From Cenococcum geophilum (Eukaryota): DNA of 64,000 nt. Positions 50,705 to 64,000 of this stretch are shown here, piece after piece. The stretch spans positions 23,498,001-23,562,000 of the forward strand of contig CP158635.1 of assembly GCA_050273025.1 (NCBI GenBank), written 5' to 3'. The translations under genes were made by a program, and so were the position numbers. The notes under the pieces are model-generated. The model saw nothing but the letters and a program-made list of their open reading frames with translations. It did no database searches and had not been told where the DNA came from. The stretch's first letter is position 1; every line of letters begins with the position of its first letter.

Positions 50705-53700
50705 CAGTGATCTACTTGGACTGGAGCTATCTTGGAGCGCCATATGGATCGCCTAAACTTCTGGAGCTGGATCGCTTAATTTTATTGGTGGACTGGACTA
50801 GATCTGAGCTTATGGAGGCTCCTGGCGCTCCAGTTCCATTCCTCATTTAGACGTAAGGCTGATAAGGACAGGACGCTAAGGAGTTAGTGCAGGTGGTGGC
50901 GGCCAATTAGTGACTTTTATAGTATTACACCATCTCAAAAGACGGTTAATTGCCCGTAGAAATAAGGAGTTACCCTCCTGTCGCTCCTACTGCGCATACT
51001 ACTCATCAATTTAGTGTTTTGTTTTTACCATAGCCGCTAAATAAACTCGCCCACTAGCGACTTAATCCAGTATTGCGCGCTTCTTGCCTAATTACTTAGC
51101 TACACCCCTATCTAATGACGTTATTCTTACCCTAGAATATATTAACTCTGCAGCCAAAGGCCGCCTAGAGGTAGAGGAGTTTAAATATAGCGGTAGGCAG
51201 TATATCCGGTGCAAGTCCCTTACGCTCGGCGTTAAAAACACTAAGCCTTATATATCACCAATATGGAAATAAGGGGAGGACGTTCAGCTTAAGGGCGAGG
51301 TTGGCGATAGGAAGAAGGTATACTACTACTACTATATTTATAAGAGAGCGAGGCGTTAGCAGGAGCTTATAATAATCTCATTAGGACGTACTACTGCTTT
51401 AGATTACCTTGTTAACGATCACCAGATAAACCAATATACTGGCTTTCTTAAGCCTCCCAAACTAAGCAACTCCAACCAGCCAATAATTAAGGACTATCCT
51501 AAGCAGTGGGTGCTTAAGTAGAGGTCAAATTTTAAGGCGTTTAAGCAGCTATTAATTAGGTGGATCATCTGCTATTATATTACCTTCTTTTAGTTTAAAA
51601 ACGAGTACTTCTAAAGCCTTCTCTATTACCTCTATCCGACCCTTCTAAAATTCCTACTAAAAGCTAGAAAGATAATCTAGGGCTAGGTTATAGCAGAGTT
51701 TAAGTAAAAGAAGGATAACCTAAAGAAGGAGCTGGCCTCTGCTTATAGCTCTATATTTATATCCTTTAATTTATAGACATCGCTAAACTCCTACGTAATT
51801 CTTAGTGTTATTAGTTATTTTATTAACTAATATAGAAGGCGACGGCATATAGTTCTAGGGCTTTATAAGGTTATTAGTAAACACTCTAATAAAAATATAG
51901 CGGCTATTCTACTAAAGCTAATTAAGGAATATAGATTTAAAGGTAATATTGGCTATTTTATGGGCGATAATGCAGAGTTAAATAATATATGCGTTAATGC
52001 AGTACTTTAAGTTCTATACCTAAAGATATTAGCAAAGAAATAAAAAGCTTGTTAGCTATACTGCTTTAGCTATATTATTAACCTCTACGCGTAAGCCTTT
52101 ATAATTAGAAAGGACGCTAAGAAGATTTATAAGGAAATGGCCTCTATATACTATAAGATGGACTTTAAAAGGGTTTAGGAGCTCTAGAAGAAGTAGGGGT
52201 CTATTAGATTACTTTATAATCTTATCTAGTACATTTAAATAACTCCCTAAAGGTATAGGTTCTTTAAGAGTATTAAAATTAGAGGAGATCTGGCAAAATA
52301 TAACTACTTAGAGGTAAGTAATATTTTTAAAAGTGGTAATATTCGCTACCTAGCCTATTGCCGGACTAATTAGATTATTAGGATTTAGTTCTACCGTATC
52401 TAGCCGCCTTTACAGTTGTAAGATTTACCTATAGTCGCAATCTTCTATTTTCTTATACTCTACTAAAAGCGACACTAATAATTTATTAGCTTATTTAAAA
52501 TAATCAAACTCGCTAGAACTTGCTCTTTATAGTAATTACTTAGTTTTTAAATTACCGCGAATATATAACTCGGTTCTGTAATAACTACGTTCTATCTACT
52601 AACTTAAAGCCTCTTACTAAGGAGGACTACCTTAAGCCCCACTAATGGAAAGAGTTTAAATACCTTTATACGCATCTAGAATCTTTTTATAAGGCGACTA
52701 TTATAGTAAAGGGTAATTATATAAGCCTTACTAATTATTTCTAGACGCTAGATTGGCTTATTAATAAACTCTATACTATTAAAGATCGGTTCCTTAAGCT
52801 TACGGCTCTACGTTAACCTAATAATTAAAACTATAAGCTGCTATCTAGCTGCGCGAGCGCTGTATAGGAGAAGTATAAGAAGTACTTTAAGAAGGCTAAT
52901 AAGACACCTGCCTACTATACCGCCATTATAATAAATCCAATGCTTAAAATGGAATGGTTTTACTAGAAATAGGGGTTAGATAAGAATAAAAAGGCCTAGA
53001 TTAATAAGGTTAAAAAAAAGGGTTAGGATATATTTAAAGACTACAAAGGCAAGAGCTTTAGATTACAGCCTTAAGATCCATTAATTTACCCTATTAAGAA
53101 GCTATAAAAGGAAAAGGACTATACCTCTGCTTGTAATTATAAGCGCATTAAACGCACCCACTAAACCTCCGCAGTAAAGAAGGATAGTGCTTTAGATAAG
53201 TATCTAAAAGAGGGCCCTCTTGAAGTCGCCGATAATAAAGACTTTAATATAATTAACTATTGGCAAAGGCTCTATTATAGTTAACCCGACCTCGCCTGCT
53301 TCGCCCTTAACGTACTTACTCCTCTACCTATAAGCGACGAATGTAAACGCCTATTTAGCAGTTATAAGATACTCCTTAAGGACCGACGCTCGCGCCTAAA
53401 GATGGATATAATTAAGGCAAATAAGTGGCTTCGCTATAGCTACGGGCCCCTAAGAAGCAATACATTTAATGACAAGGGCGTTGGATCAGTGGAAGGAGAG
53501 CCTCAGCTGTTACCTCTATATGACCCTATACCGGAGCAGCTTAGGGAGTACATTAAGGAGCGCCAAGCTGCGGATGTGGCCGCCGCCGCCGCTGCCTAGG
53601 TGGAGGAAGAGGATACGGAGGAGGATGATGAGGTTCTGGCGATAATAGAGCGTGCTAGCGGTAAGGGTGGGGGCAATAATGAGGATGAAGGCAACGATGA

Positions 53701-53934
53701 GGACGCATTTGAGACGATTGAGGCCTTTGAGGAGTAATATATAAGGAGCAATATAAACAATTTGGGCCGAATTTGGTACTCCATATAACTTCCTACTGCA
53801 ACACCAAAGGATGCCAAGACTTACTATAAATAGTATATGGATTGTATGGCGCTCCTGGAGCCAAATCGCAATAGAACTGGTGTGGACTGGATTTGAGCCT
53901 AGATCCAGTCCAGTCCAGTCCAAGTAGACCACTG
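50705..53934 (+). mobile_element. Full-length hAT (Restless-like) DNA transposon, RIP-inactivated
   Basis: 21-bp TIRs CAGTG(A/G)TCTACTTGGACTGGA with 1 mismatch. RIP-altered transposase motifs SFDLWTSPN (~51760), MGDNA (~51960), CFGHIINL (~52060), NQTRWNS (~52500) and the dimerisation motif PPMSDECERLFSS...RSRLKMDII (~53320-53415). Confidence 0.92.
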
Positions 53935-54489
53935 ACAGTGGCCGAAGCCATGACAACATCATATTTCACGTATTCTAACGCCACGCTCATAGGAATTTCA
54001 AGCTTAAATCTATTAAATCAAGTTATGTAATCCCAAATATTAGATGTCTTTAGGGTCCTAAAAAAGCACAAGCTTTTCATGGCGCACTTCCATATGCAAA
54101 GGTACCATGGAGGACTGACTCATGCGGGAAAAACATTCAAGCCCTACATACGGAAATGTGCATCTTCCCCATTTTGTAATCCAAGCAATGCATGTGGATG
54201 TCTCCATCTTGGGTCATGCTCCGGTAACCCGGTTTGCCAACCTTATAGTTTCCTGCAACCCAATCCTTGATGTAACCGACTACCGATACTGTGCTGAGAC
54301 ACAAGATTACCGTCTTGGAAGGCTCCAAGACAGCGTCAACGCCACCCTATATATTGATTGCAGATCAATATTGCTTGCAGATCACTGTTCCCATTTCAGT
54401 TACCTATTACCCCATCATGTCTTATTACCTCCACCTTCTTCGTGTATATATAGAGACTTTAGAGCTACATTCACAATCAAGTCGTTCAT

Positions 54490-56775
<2,286 letters not shown>

Positions 56776-57725
56776 TCTCTGGTAAGAATAGCCTGAATAC
56801 CGCTCGCTAGTCGTTTGATATCGTGGCCGAGAAAAGCGGATGGTTCGGAGCGTTGGCACCCTGAGAAGGCCGGGATAGCCGTTATCGTGAAAGCAAGCGG
56901 GAAATTATGATCATGAGATGTTCATGGACCGCTCCGGGTCTTTTTTCTAACTGAAATCCCCAAAAGGTCTCATACTTCTCAGGTGGAGGCTGCATTTTGA
57001 GACGTTATTTGTACGTCGTGTTTGCAAGAGGGCGGATGCTATTAGTACGCCATGCTGTAGTGGACGGCTAACTAATCGGCTAGACCGAAAACCTCTTGCT
57101 GTTTGAAGAGCATCCTCTCGGCTTTCCTCTGTGTATAGCGAAATTAGACTTATTCTGCAGTAGTGGCATGACGTCGAAAATATCGTGTATTTTAGTACTT
57201 ACGCTAGTCTCATTTTAAAACTAGGAAAATGATATCTCTTGTACCGTAATGCACCCGGATTAGTATAGATACATATAGAAAAACATAATACAGTGGTAGT
57301 ACGCTTACCAAAGACGACGGAGCAGTTATACTCGTATATCAATCACAATAGAATAATTGAGATCAAAATAGATATTTAAAAATTAATGCCTTAAGCATTA
57401 TTCTCAGACTGGAGAATTCTGGTATGCAGTATTCTTGAATATGTTCAGAACATTTTTGTGGCAAGACTTTTTTGATCATGAGTTCCGGAGATGTCGGTTC
57501 GCGCATGACTCATGCTGATCAACGCCTCCCGTCCAGACCAAATCTTTATCTCGAAGACGCCGAAATGTTCAAATCCTGGTTTCGAATTTTCTTCTTTCTT
57601 TTCTATTGCTGCTGTCAGTACCGAATATTTTTCAAGTTGCTACTCAACTCCTCTGTTTTCCCACCTAAGCGATTCGATCTTTCCCCGCTCCCGACCAGTT
57701 TACGTCAATTTTCGTAATTTCTACC

Positions 57726-58682
57726 ATGAGAATTTTTTCAAGACGGTATTTGTCGCAGACTGTTGATCAGCGCCATGGCGATATACCTCTGTTCGTATGC
57801 TGTTTTACCTCTGGCTTGCTGGATAGTGTGAGCTTCAATAATTGGGGTGTTTTTGTGGGCATGCAGACTGGTACGCAGACTTCCTCCGCCCTACAATACT
57901 GTCTTTAGGCCTCTAAGCTTCATTGAGCCCCATTGAGTCCAAATTCATAATCAAATGATGCAAGAGCGTTCCAAAAAAAATTTACCAAATATCAAATACA
58001 TCTTACTCACCAAAGATCTTACGTCATAGGCAACACCGTTCTCCTTGCCCTCTCTACTGCCTCACTCCCAGAAACCCAACATCATGCGACTGCAACAACG
58101 CTTACTTCGCTTGGATCCTTCCTCCTCGGAGCTTATCTTACTTTCGTTATATCTCGGTGGTCTGGGTCTCTCAGCCGTCTCTTCGTCATGCTCTCCTTCT
58201 GCATCCAGGCCGCGCTCATCGCTGTTGCCGCGGCTCTAACCACCGCCGGCCTAGTCCCCGAAGACCGTAATGGCGGTGGCCAAGAGCTCGGAAACATTCG
58301 CATTGTGACAGCGCTCCCGCCACTCGCGTTCCATTTTGGGATGCAGATTGCAACAAGCCGGATCCTAGGATTCAACGAATTGCCTGCGAATGTGTTGACC
58401 AGTACATACGCAGATCTTGTAGGCGATCCGAAGTTGTTTTCATTTCACTGGAATCCGAAGAGGGATCGGCGAATCGCATCCGTTTTTCTCGTCTTGACGG
58501 GCGCAATCTCGAGTGCCTGGATGATGAAGAGGGGGTTGAATATCTATGGGCAAATGTGGATAGGTGCGGGGTTGAAGTTTTTGACTGCGGCTGGAGTCTG
58601 GTTATTTATGGATAAGGATAGAGGGGATACTGAACTTGGTAGGAAACCGAATGGGGAGCCGATGAAGAAGACGGGTGCATAG
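57726..58682 (+). CDS. DUF1275 (YoaK-like) membrane protein; 2 exons
   Basis: GLLDSVSFNNWGVFVGMQTG/NTVLLAL across intron ~57871-58029; LAFHFGMQIATSR, ELPANVLTSTYADL, KRDRRIAS. Confidence 0.82.
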
Positions 58683-59004
58683 GGGTAAGGGAGAAACAAG
58701 GTAATTTGAAGGCAAAGTTGACTTCATAAGTATATACACTAGAGCGTATTTGATGTATAATTGAGGAGTTCTACACAGTATGTTCTTCCTAAGTATAGAC
58801 TTGGTGTGTAGAGGTACAATAGAGCAGCAGAAAATGGCGAATGTAGAGTGAGTTGTAAGGTGAAGGAAAATGACGTACTCGCGGGCCCCCAAAGACGAAA
58901 TGGGGGTATCTTTACGAGTCATTTTCGGCTGTGGGGTTTCTGCCAAGACTTCCTACAAGGCACCACTTCGCGTCATCCTCTTCGAAACTCCTATGCTAAC
59001 AGAC

Positions 59005-60404
59005 ATGGCGGGCATCTACGGTCTGCCAAACGAACTCATTCTGCGCATCGTTTCTTATATCAAAAATCATTCTACTCTACATAACCGATCATTTCCATAG
59101 CCTTCAGCGGAATCAGCACAGCCTCTCTCTACCATACTTACAAGAATAGAGAAAGTGAAGAAACGAACACTCTTCTCGATGGCCTGTCTCTCCGGAGTTT
59201 CCTACGGCTCATTCTTAAGAATTCCAGGCTCGCCAGCTTAGTAAAAAAAAGTCGATCTAGGATTATAGCAGACTCGGCTCGATGTTAAGTCCCTTGATTT
59301 TTATCATTCACTTTAGCCGGTCCTCCTTCCCCTGAAGATTTGAAGCTATTTCTGGATTGCTCGCAAGGACTAGAACTTGAAATTCCTGGAGGCGAGTGAT
59401 CTTTCTTTGGCCCGGAGGTTTGGTCAAGGTGTCTGGAACTTGGTATAAAAGACGCCGAAGTTAGGCTTCTCCTAGTTCATCTCCCAGAGCTAGAAGAACT
59501 CCAGTTGGTCCTCCTGGGTCAGCGCCCTGATCCCTCATGGGTATTTCCAAGGAAAATGGTTCAGAGTCCCGCATCATGGCTCCACGGACGACTGTTAAAA
59601 CTCAAGAGACTTCGCGTTAATTACGATGAAGACGCTTGCATGGCTTCCTTGGCAAGAGTATCTGCATTTTTCCATTTGCCATCCCTCCTAATTTTTGAAG
59701 CTGAGCGGGTTGTTGGTGAAGACTTGTACCATCTTCAAGGGTGGACATGCCCGATGGGCTCTTCATCGATCACAACCATCAAACTTCTGGATTGTGCCTT
59801 CAGCCTGCCGGGACTCTGGAACTTCATCCGGTCATGCAAACGCCTTACCTCGTTCACATCTGCCTTCACAGAATACTTCGAGGTTCCAACTTGCAGCCCT
59901 GGCGGCTTGTTCGAGGTTTTGACTCCCTATGAATTGTGCCTGGAGCATCTCGCGGTGGTCTCAGTGATGTTTACTCCCGAAACTCGCTCGGAAAGATGCT
60001 TCTGGCACTTTTCACGACTTCGCAGCGCTAAAATCACTGAAAGTGGAAGAATACTCTTTGATTGGCAATGGCCAAGTCGGAGGTTACCCTGACTGACTCA
60101 TCGAGAGTAGGCTTCTTGATATCCTCCCCTCTTCATTAGAAACTCTCATGATAATTCATTGCACCTTTTCGATCATACCAAAGCTACTTGAAATGGCCGA
60201 TACTCACGATTCCCCTTGCCAAGGCTTAAGACTATCACCATTAAGATACATAAACTGTTAGACCTGCAGGGATTCGACCATCTACAACCGATCTTTGCTC
60301 GAATAGGTGTAGAATTTCGATATATCTACATGCGCCTATGACATTTCCAGTAGTAAATCTAGCGAGTATGATTCTACTGAAGAGTTAGAAGAAGATTCGA
60401 AGTG
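59005..60404 (+). pseudogene. F-box/LRR-like protein pseudogene
   Basis: N-terminal LPNELILRIVSYI F-box signature; LRR-like segments (LLLVHLPELEELQL, FIRSCKRLTSF, LLDILPSSLETL) split by stops and frameshifts. Confidence 0.55.
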
Positions 60405-61633
60405 AGAAGAGACTCTTTAGCATTTCCCTGCCGCCTGGACAAGCACACTGTGCCATTTTTGGATTCATGAAAAATATCGGACACTGTAACGTGAGAGGGT
60501 TCCTGAATACCTCCGTATGCGCTAAAAGAACTTAGAGAACGCGGCATCGTGGTCGCTCTAACACCATTAACTTCTAGTGGAAGCTTCGGGCCTGGACTGG
60601 CGCAATGAGTTACATTGCTGTTAGCTAAGAGACATATAATGAATTCACGTGGTAGTCACTCGAGTCCGCCGCCCACCGAGTCACATTCCACAATTGAAGC
60701 CAATCTTCGGTGTTACACCGTCCATCAAAATCTCTGCGCGCTGCTGCAACACTATCCTGAACCCTACAAGAGCATACTTGTACCAGACTATTGATCTTAG
60801 AAAGTAGCAGCCGCTCACAGCTGACACAGCGCCCCTGACTTTGTTCCTCTCATCTACAATGCCGCAGCAAGCACGTTGGATGACATTCCGCAATGCGAGG
60901 ACCCTGCTCAATATTCTGCATGCCATGAGCAAAGCAATTGGATAGACGAGCGTCGGAGACTCCGATATGCAAGCCAGTAGGTGCAAGATCCTGCAAACGA
61001 CAGCGCAGTAGATCAGGCGGACAACGCGGTGTTCAAATCACGTACTGCTTTCAGGATGCGGTATGTGCGGCTCGCATCTTGTCCCTGCTTTTCCTGCTGC
61101 TGTTTTTGGATTGACAGTTACTCATTGGCGCGGTTGGGAGGAGGCTTGTTATCCAGACGTACTTCCTGTCGGAAGACTGATTTTGTTTGTTCCATGGCTG
61201 CTTTGATGTGATCGATCATACTGTGCGGCCGCAGATCTATGCAAGCAGAAATTGGGTGACTACGGCAAACGCTGTTTGGGTGACTAGGACAAGCAGCGTA
61301 TTTAGTAGCCTTATTATATTGAATTTCGTACCACAAGAAAACTGCTTAACCAGAACCGTGCTTGAAACCGCAGCTAGGAAAATTGCAGGAGGTAAGGCAG
61401 TTCCACGTGATGTAAGCCATCTTCATGCAAGTTAGCAAGACTTGTACTGCAAGAAGTGCATGGGACGAATGCTGTGATACCGACTGAGCGTCGACTTATC
61501 TGACTTGTCGCCACATTCGACCTCGACTCGCCAAGCCTTACCATCCGTAGCACGTGATCGAGATTTTCTCCAAATGCACACCTCACCACAACGCATCCCA
61601 GCAGCATCTGGGCAGAAAATCCCAACGCCCACG

Positions 61634-62811
61634 ATGCCGCCGCGCCTCCAGCTGCTGCAAACCTGCAGCGCGCTGCTCTCCTCCAACTCACCCTCCTTCA
61701 TCCCCTTACTCGCGCCGTTCCTACTCCCCGCCCACCAGCAGCGGGCGGTGTCCATCCTCTCATCGCTCTCCGACAACCCAGGCGCGTATAGCAAGAAGAT
61801 TCGGCGGGGTCGTGGGCCAGCATCTGGCAAAGGCAAGACATCAGGCCGTGGACACAAGGGGCAGAAGCAGCATGGGAAGGTGCCGGCGGGCTTCAATGGG
61901 GGGCAGACGAAGGAGGAGATCACGAAGGGGCCGCATGGGTTTCTAAACCAGTACGTGCATCTCCCACCAGCCATCACATACCAAAGGAATATTACAAGGA
62001 CAGGAGGATTTGGGATGCTATTTGGAATTGGGAGTCATGGGACGGCATGCTAATTGCAATTGGCACAGTTTCTCAGTCAACATGTTCCCCCTCAACGTTG
62101 ACCGGCTGCAAGACTGGATCGACCAAGGCAGACTCGACCCCTCCAAACCTATTACAATGAAGGAGCTCAACGACTCCCGCTGCCTGCACGGCGTCAAAGA
62201 CGGTGTGAAATTACTTGCTCGGGTGCGTGGCCCTCTTCCCTCCGCCTGCACGCCGCACGCTGCACAGCCACGACCTGCACCGCCCCCCCCTCCCCGGGGG
62301 GGAATCGTCAGCATTGCCTGACTAATGACGATATTTGTTGCTAATGCTGATATTCGATTCTCAACTATAGGGCTCGGAGCAGCTAAAGACGCCCGTCAAC
62401 GTCATTGTCTCACGCGCCTCCGCCTCCGCCATCGCCGCCGTCGAAAGTGCCGGCGGCTCCGTCACCACGCGCTTCTACACCCCGGCCTCGATCAAGCGCG
62501 TGCTGCGCGGCTTAGTCGATCCCGTCGTCTCGCTGCAGACTACCGTTCCATCGCTCGATGCCTTGGTGACTGAGACCGCGGGGGCTGCGCCGCTGGAGGC
62601 GAAGAAGTATCCGTATAGGCTCCCCGATCCGACCAGTAGGAAGGATATAGAGTACTATAGGGACCCGGCACATCGAGGGTATCTAAGCCATCTGCTGGGT
62701 AAGGGCGAGAGCCCGAGCTTGTTCTTCAAGGTGCCAGGGGCGCTGGGGTCGAAGAAGAAGGATGTGAATAAGAAGGCGAGTGCGGCGAAGGCGGAGAACA
62801 GGATCTGGTGA
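61634..62811 (+). CDS. MRPL10: Mitochondrial ribosomal protein uL15m (YmL10-like); 3 exons
   Basis: RRGRGPASGKGKTSGRGHKGQKQHG, GFNGGQT, LQDWIDQGRLDP, DGVKLLAR, YYRDPAHRGYL. Introns ~61952-62068 and ~62223-62370. Confidence 0.93.
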
Positions 62812-64000
62812 TAGGAGAAAATAGCGTGCTGGGAAAATGTACATTATTTTTGGGCTAAAATCGCTTTCATAATTAGAAAGTGAGAATATGCTGTGTATGA
62901 TATGAGAGGGTTGGGCTGGACATTCGTCCAACAAAGAATCTTTGAGTGTGCGAGCCTTTGTTTGCTGTGCTACGGTATTGAGCTGCACTGCCGTGGGTTA
63001 GAGTTTTGCTTAGTTGATGTGGAGCATACATCCTGGCCACAAAGATTCAATATCCATTTGGTTTTATCCGTGAATTTTGCGGGACGTTCAACTCAACCTT
63101 GCTTCAGCGTCCCCCAAGCCCCTCAGTTACCTGGCTATGGTCGGACATGGTAAGACATAATTTCGAGTTATTCGAGGACTTCAGGAGGATCAGAATGCTA
63201 GACCGAAAGGCCTCCTGGATGTTGGAGGCATTGCCGGGATAAATTATGGTAATTTCAGCACATGAGACTCCAAGGGTTTCTGAAATCAGGTGATTGTGGA
63301 GTGATACTCCTTACGTTCACAACTATCCTCAGGATGAGTTATTGTGGTTGCAATTTAGGATGATGCTGGAATATTAGTTCTCGCCAGAAAGATGAAAGTG
63401 CAGCCGAGATATACGAAGGGCTCGACCCCACGCCATCGCTCCCTGCAGCGTTACACAGATCCATCGGACATCGCACTGAACAAATTTGGGCGAGTAAGGT
63501 CACCGGCTACATTCCATCGTATTGTAGGGTGGACTCGTGTACATTTGGGAATCTAGGGACAATTTCAGGGGCGTCAAGACATTGTAGCACTCGGCAACGC
63601 TGACTGAGGTACTATGCGCTGATTTGCATCTGGCTGGCCCAGCGGTCGGTGCATACGTACGAGGTATGGTAGATGATCGATATAGTACGGACCCGGGTAG
63701 AGGACCATGTCTGCAGAGTCATGTTCTCAGACAGGCGTGGTTTCTGTCAGACACGGTCGCTTCAATCCTCGTGTAACTCTTTTCCGAGACAAGTTAGAAG
63801 CAAAGTTGCAAAACGGTGATAATATGGAGTCAGGCTCCGCATGTATGTAGATCAGCCAGCTAGCCTAACGTTTTTCCTGTCTCGGATGCAGTCAAAGTGT
63901 AAATTTTTTGTAACTCATTGCGCTTTACGCGGATTCGCAGAAACTTGTTTGACGAGCATGCCCGACGTAAGACGGAAAACGATTTCGTTGTGCCCCGGAT

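Noticed and set aside
60585..60680. tRNA-like A-box (TGGCGCAATG) and B-box-like (CTCGAGTCC) motifs
   Set aside because: I could not fold a convincing cloverleaf and the T-loop consensus GTTCGA is missing; tRNAscan-SE would settle it.

Overview
Filamentous ascomycete (Pezizomycotina-type) nuclear DNA, judged by short spliceosomal introns with CTAAC-like branch sites and heavily RIP-mutated, TpA-rich transposon blocks. Bases 1-11.9 kb and 17.1-23.6 kb are nested, RIP-decayed Ty1/copia, hAT and TIR/MITE elements, with an intact NACHT-ankyrin NLR gene between them. The rest mixes housekeeping genes (SAM methyltransferase, aromatic L-amino acid decarboxylase, external NADH dehydrogenase, PQ-loop transporter, DUF1275-like protein, mitochondrial uL15) with several pseudogenes and a RIP-killed hAT element. 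The most notable locus is 42.2-48.1 kb. It is an 'all-in-one' NLR (SesB-like alpha/beta-hydrolase, NB-ARC, 15 near-identical 42-aa TPRs) carrying a PP/RHIM-like amyloid signalling motif (NYGSQVGYNTG) on its own symmetric 99-nt exon, which the ORF track misses. Retaining the next intron would give a free hydrolase ending in that motif. A decayed HET-domain gene lies immediately downstream. All calls come from manual reading and translation; no database searches were run.
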